From NCBI GenBank assembly GCA_017656425.1, contig JACDNV010000002.1:183512-247511 (forward strand): DNA of 64,000 nucleotides. The letters are read 5' to 3'. This DNA is from Fidelibacterota bacterium (lineage in GTDB: Bacteria > Fidelibacterota > UBA2242 > B5-G15). Each line of letters opens with the position of its first letter. Within the stretch, counting starts at the first letter, position 1. This document shows positions 63,034-64,000 of this stretch, piece after piece. Both the position numbers and the translations under genes were made by a program. The notes under the pieces were generated by a model. It was not told the origin of the DNA. It saw only the letters and a list, made by a program, of their open reading frames with translations, and made no database searches.

Positions 63034-64000
63034 TTAATTACCTCACTTTTATCTATTGGGATATTTATAGTAAACTTTGTGCCTTCACCAGGAGTGCTTT
63101 CTACCTTTATATTTCCACCTATACTAGAAATTATACCGTGACTCACAGAGAGACCCAATCCAGTGCCGTAGCCGACATCCTTTGTTGTAAAGAACGGTTC
63201 AAATATTCTATCAATTATATCAGGATTTATACCTTCACCATCATCAATAATTTCTATTGAGACATAGCTGTCATTTGCATAAGTGTTTACATGGATATTT
63301 CCACTTTCTTTGTCTTTACACGCATCAATAGAATTTAGAAGCATATTCATAACAACCTGGTGTATCTGATCAGGGACAAGATAAATCAGAGGAACATCCG
63401 GGTTTAGATTTATATGAAAATTTATTTTTTCACATCTAACGTCATATTTTAAAAGACCGACGGCAGAGCTTATTATTTCATTAATCTGAACTTTTGTTTT
63501 TTCTCCAGTTGTTGGTCTTGAAAAATCAACGAGCTCTTTTACTATTCTGTTTATTCTATTTATGTTTTCTCTAATCTTCTTTAGGCTTTCCTGTATGAAG
63601 TTATCAGTGGTTTTTCTTTGTATAAGCTGAACAAGTGACTGAATTGATGATAAAGGATTGCTAACCTCATGTGCAACCCCAGCGGCAAGATGGCCAAGAG
63701 TTGCAAGTTTTTCTGACTGCATTAGTTTGCCTTCAACAGCAGATATTTCCAGTAAGTCCCTTATTATTATAATTCTTTCTGAGATTTTTTTCATACTCTT
63801 ATTAAGAAATATATCAGTTAGTTCCATTCTTCTCATTTTTCCGTTTTTCAATTGCATATCTGTTTCACATATTTTTATGCCAGATGGATTTATGGTACAA
63901 ATTTCTGCGATTACACTACTTGCTTTCCCAGGAAAAAGTATTGAAATATCTTTATTGATAATTTCACTCTTTTTCCATCCGAATATTTCTTCAGCCTTTT
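63030..64000 (-). CDS. Sensor histidine kinase (PAS-HisKA-HATPase_c), N-terminus beyond window edge
   Basis: H-box (AAGVAHEVSNPL), N/G1/G2 boxes (…DDGEGI…GTGLGL…); reading frame stays open past the annotated Met to position 64000 with PAS-like sequence. Confidence 0.75.
   Translation of the reverse strand, partial: KAEEIFGWKKSEIINKDISILFPGKASSVIAEICTINPSGIKICETDMQLKNGKMRRMELTDIFLNKSMKKISERIIIIRDLLEISAVEGKLMQSEKLATLGHLAAGVAHEVSNPLSSIQSLVQLIQRKTTDNFIQESLKKIRENINRINRIVKELVDFSRPTTGEKTKVQINEIISSAVGLLKYDVRCEKINFHINLNPDVPLIYLVPDQIHQVVMNMLLNSIDACKDKESGNIHVNTYANDSYVSIEIIDDGEGINPDIIDRIFEPFFTTKDVGYGTGLGLSVSHGIISSIGGNIKVESTPGEGTKFTINIPIDKSEVIK

Overview
This is an AT-rich, densely packed bacterial chromosomal window with about 66 protein-coding genes. 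I found no rRNA, tRNA, CRISPR array, transposase or integrase. All identities below come from reading motifs in the supplied translations and my own translation of the sequence; I ran no database searches.

Most of the window is core housekeeping:
- **1-15 kb:** HslUV-HflKC proteolysis genes, rpoN-lptB-lptC, and the Kdo pathway (kdsD-kdsC-kdsA-pyrG-kdsB) with CTP synthase embedded, then gatC.
- **15-21 kb:** metE and nrdDG.
- **25-33.5 kb:** dtd, dnaE, a UbiA-family prenyltransferase, prmC, prfA, a DUF1385 protein and rpmE.
- **42-44 kb:** pyrE and pyrF.

The less ordinary content is in these regions:
- **21-24.3 kb:** a ferritin-like/VIT1 fusion protein, a double-CXXC thioredoxin-fold protein, an ECF sigma factor with a cytoplasmic HX3CX2C (ZAS) anti-sigma, and OsmC. 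I read this as a thiol-redox module.
- **55.5-61 kb:** a long co-directional operon for O2/peroxide detoxification: perR-like fur, rubrerythrin, NifU-like, a hemerythrin-like/PAS protein, a 54-aa rubredoxin, a flavodiiron protein, a ferritin-like protein and a rhodanese. The rubredoxin is absent from the ORF track because it is under 60 aa. An Ogg2-type 8-oxoguanine glycosylase follows.
- **45-47.8 kb:** a MoxR AAA+ ATPase and a DUF58 protein, translationally coupled to a lipoyl-less 2-oxoacid-dehydrogenase E2 catalytic-domain protein.
- **48.1-49.6 kb:** a B12-binding radical SAM enzyme with a C-terminal CDCCNC tail, coupled to era.
- **50.6-54.1 kb:** a TonB-dependent receptor with a DUF4249-like lipoprotein.
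- **61.4-64 kb:** a sigma-54-dependent two-component system convergent with a small internally repeated (LiaF-like) membrane protein.

There are two decayed genes:
- A 1-Cys peroxiredoxin is split by a 1-nt deletion in a homopolymer.
- A small T9SS C-terminal-domain cargo gene carries an in-frame TGA and a frameshift. It lies in the only gene-poor stretch of the window (33.5-34.7 kb).

The T9SS CTD signature, DUF4249, the Kdo/Lpt genes and rpoN suggest a Fibrobacteres-Chlorobi-Bacteroidetes (FCB)-group bacterium such as Ignavibacteria or Bacteroidota. NrdDG, the flavodiiron protein and the rubrerythrin genes suggest an anaerobe or microaerophile.
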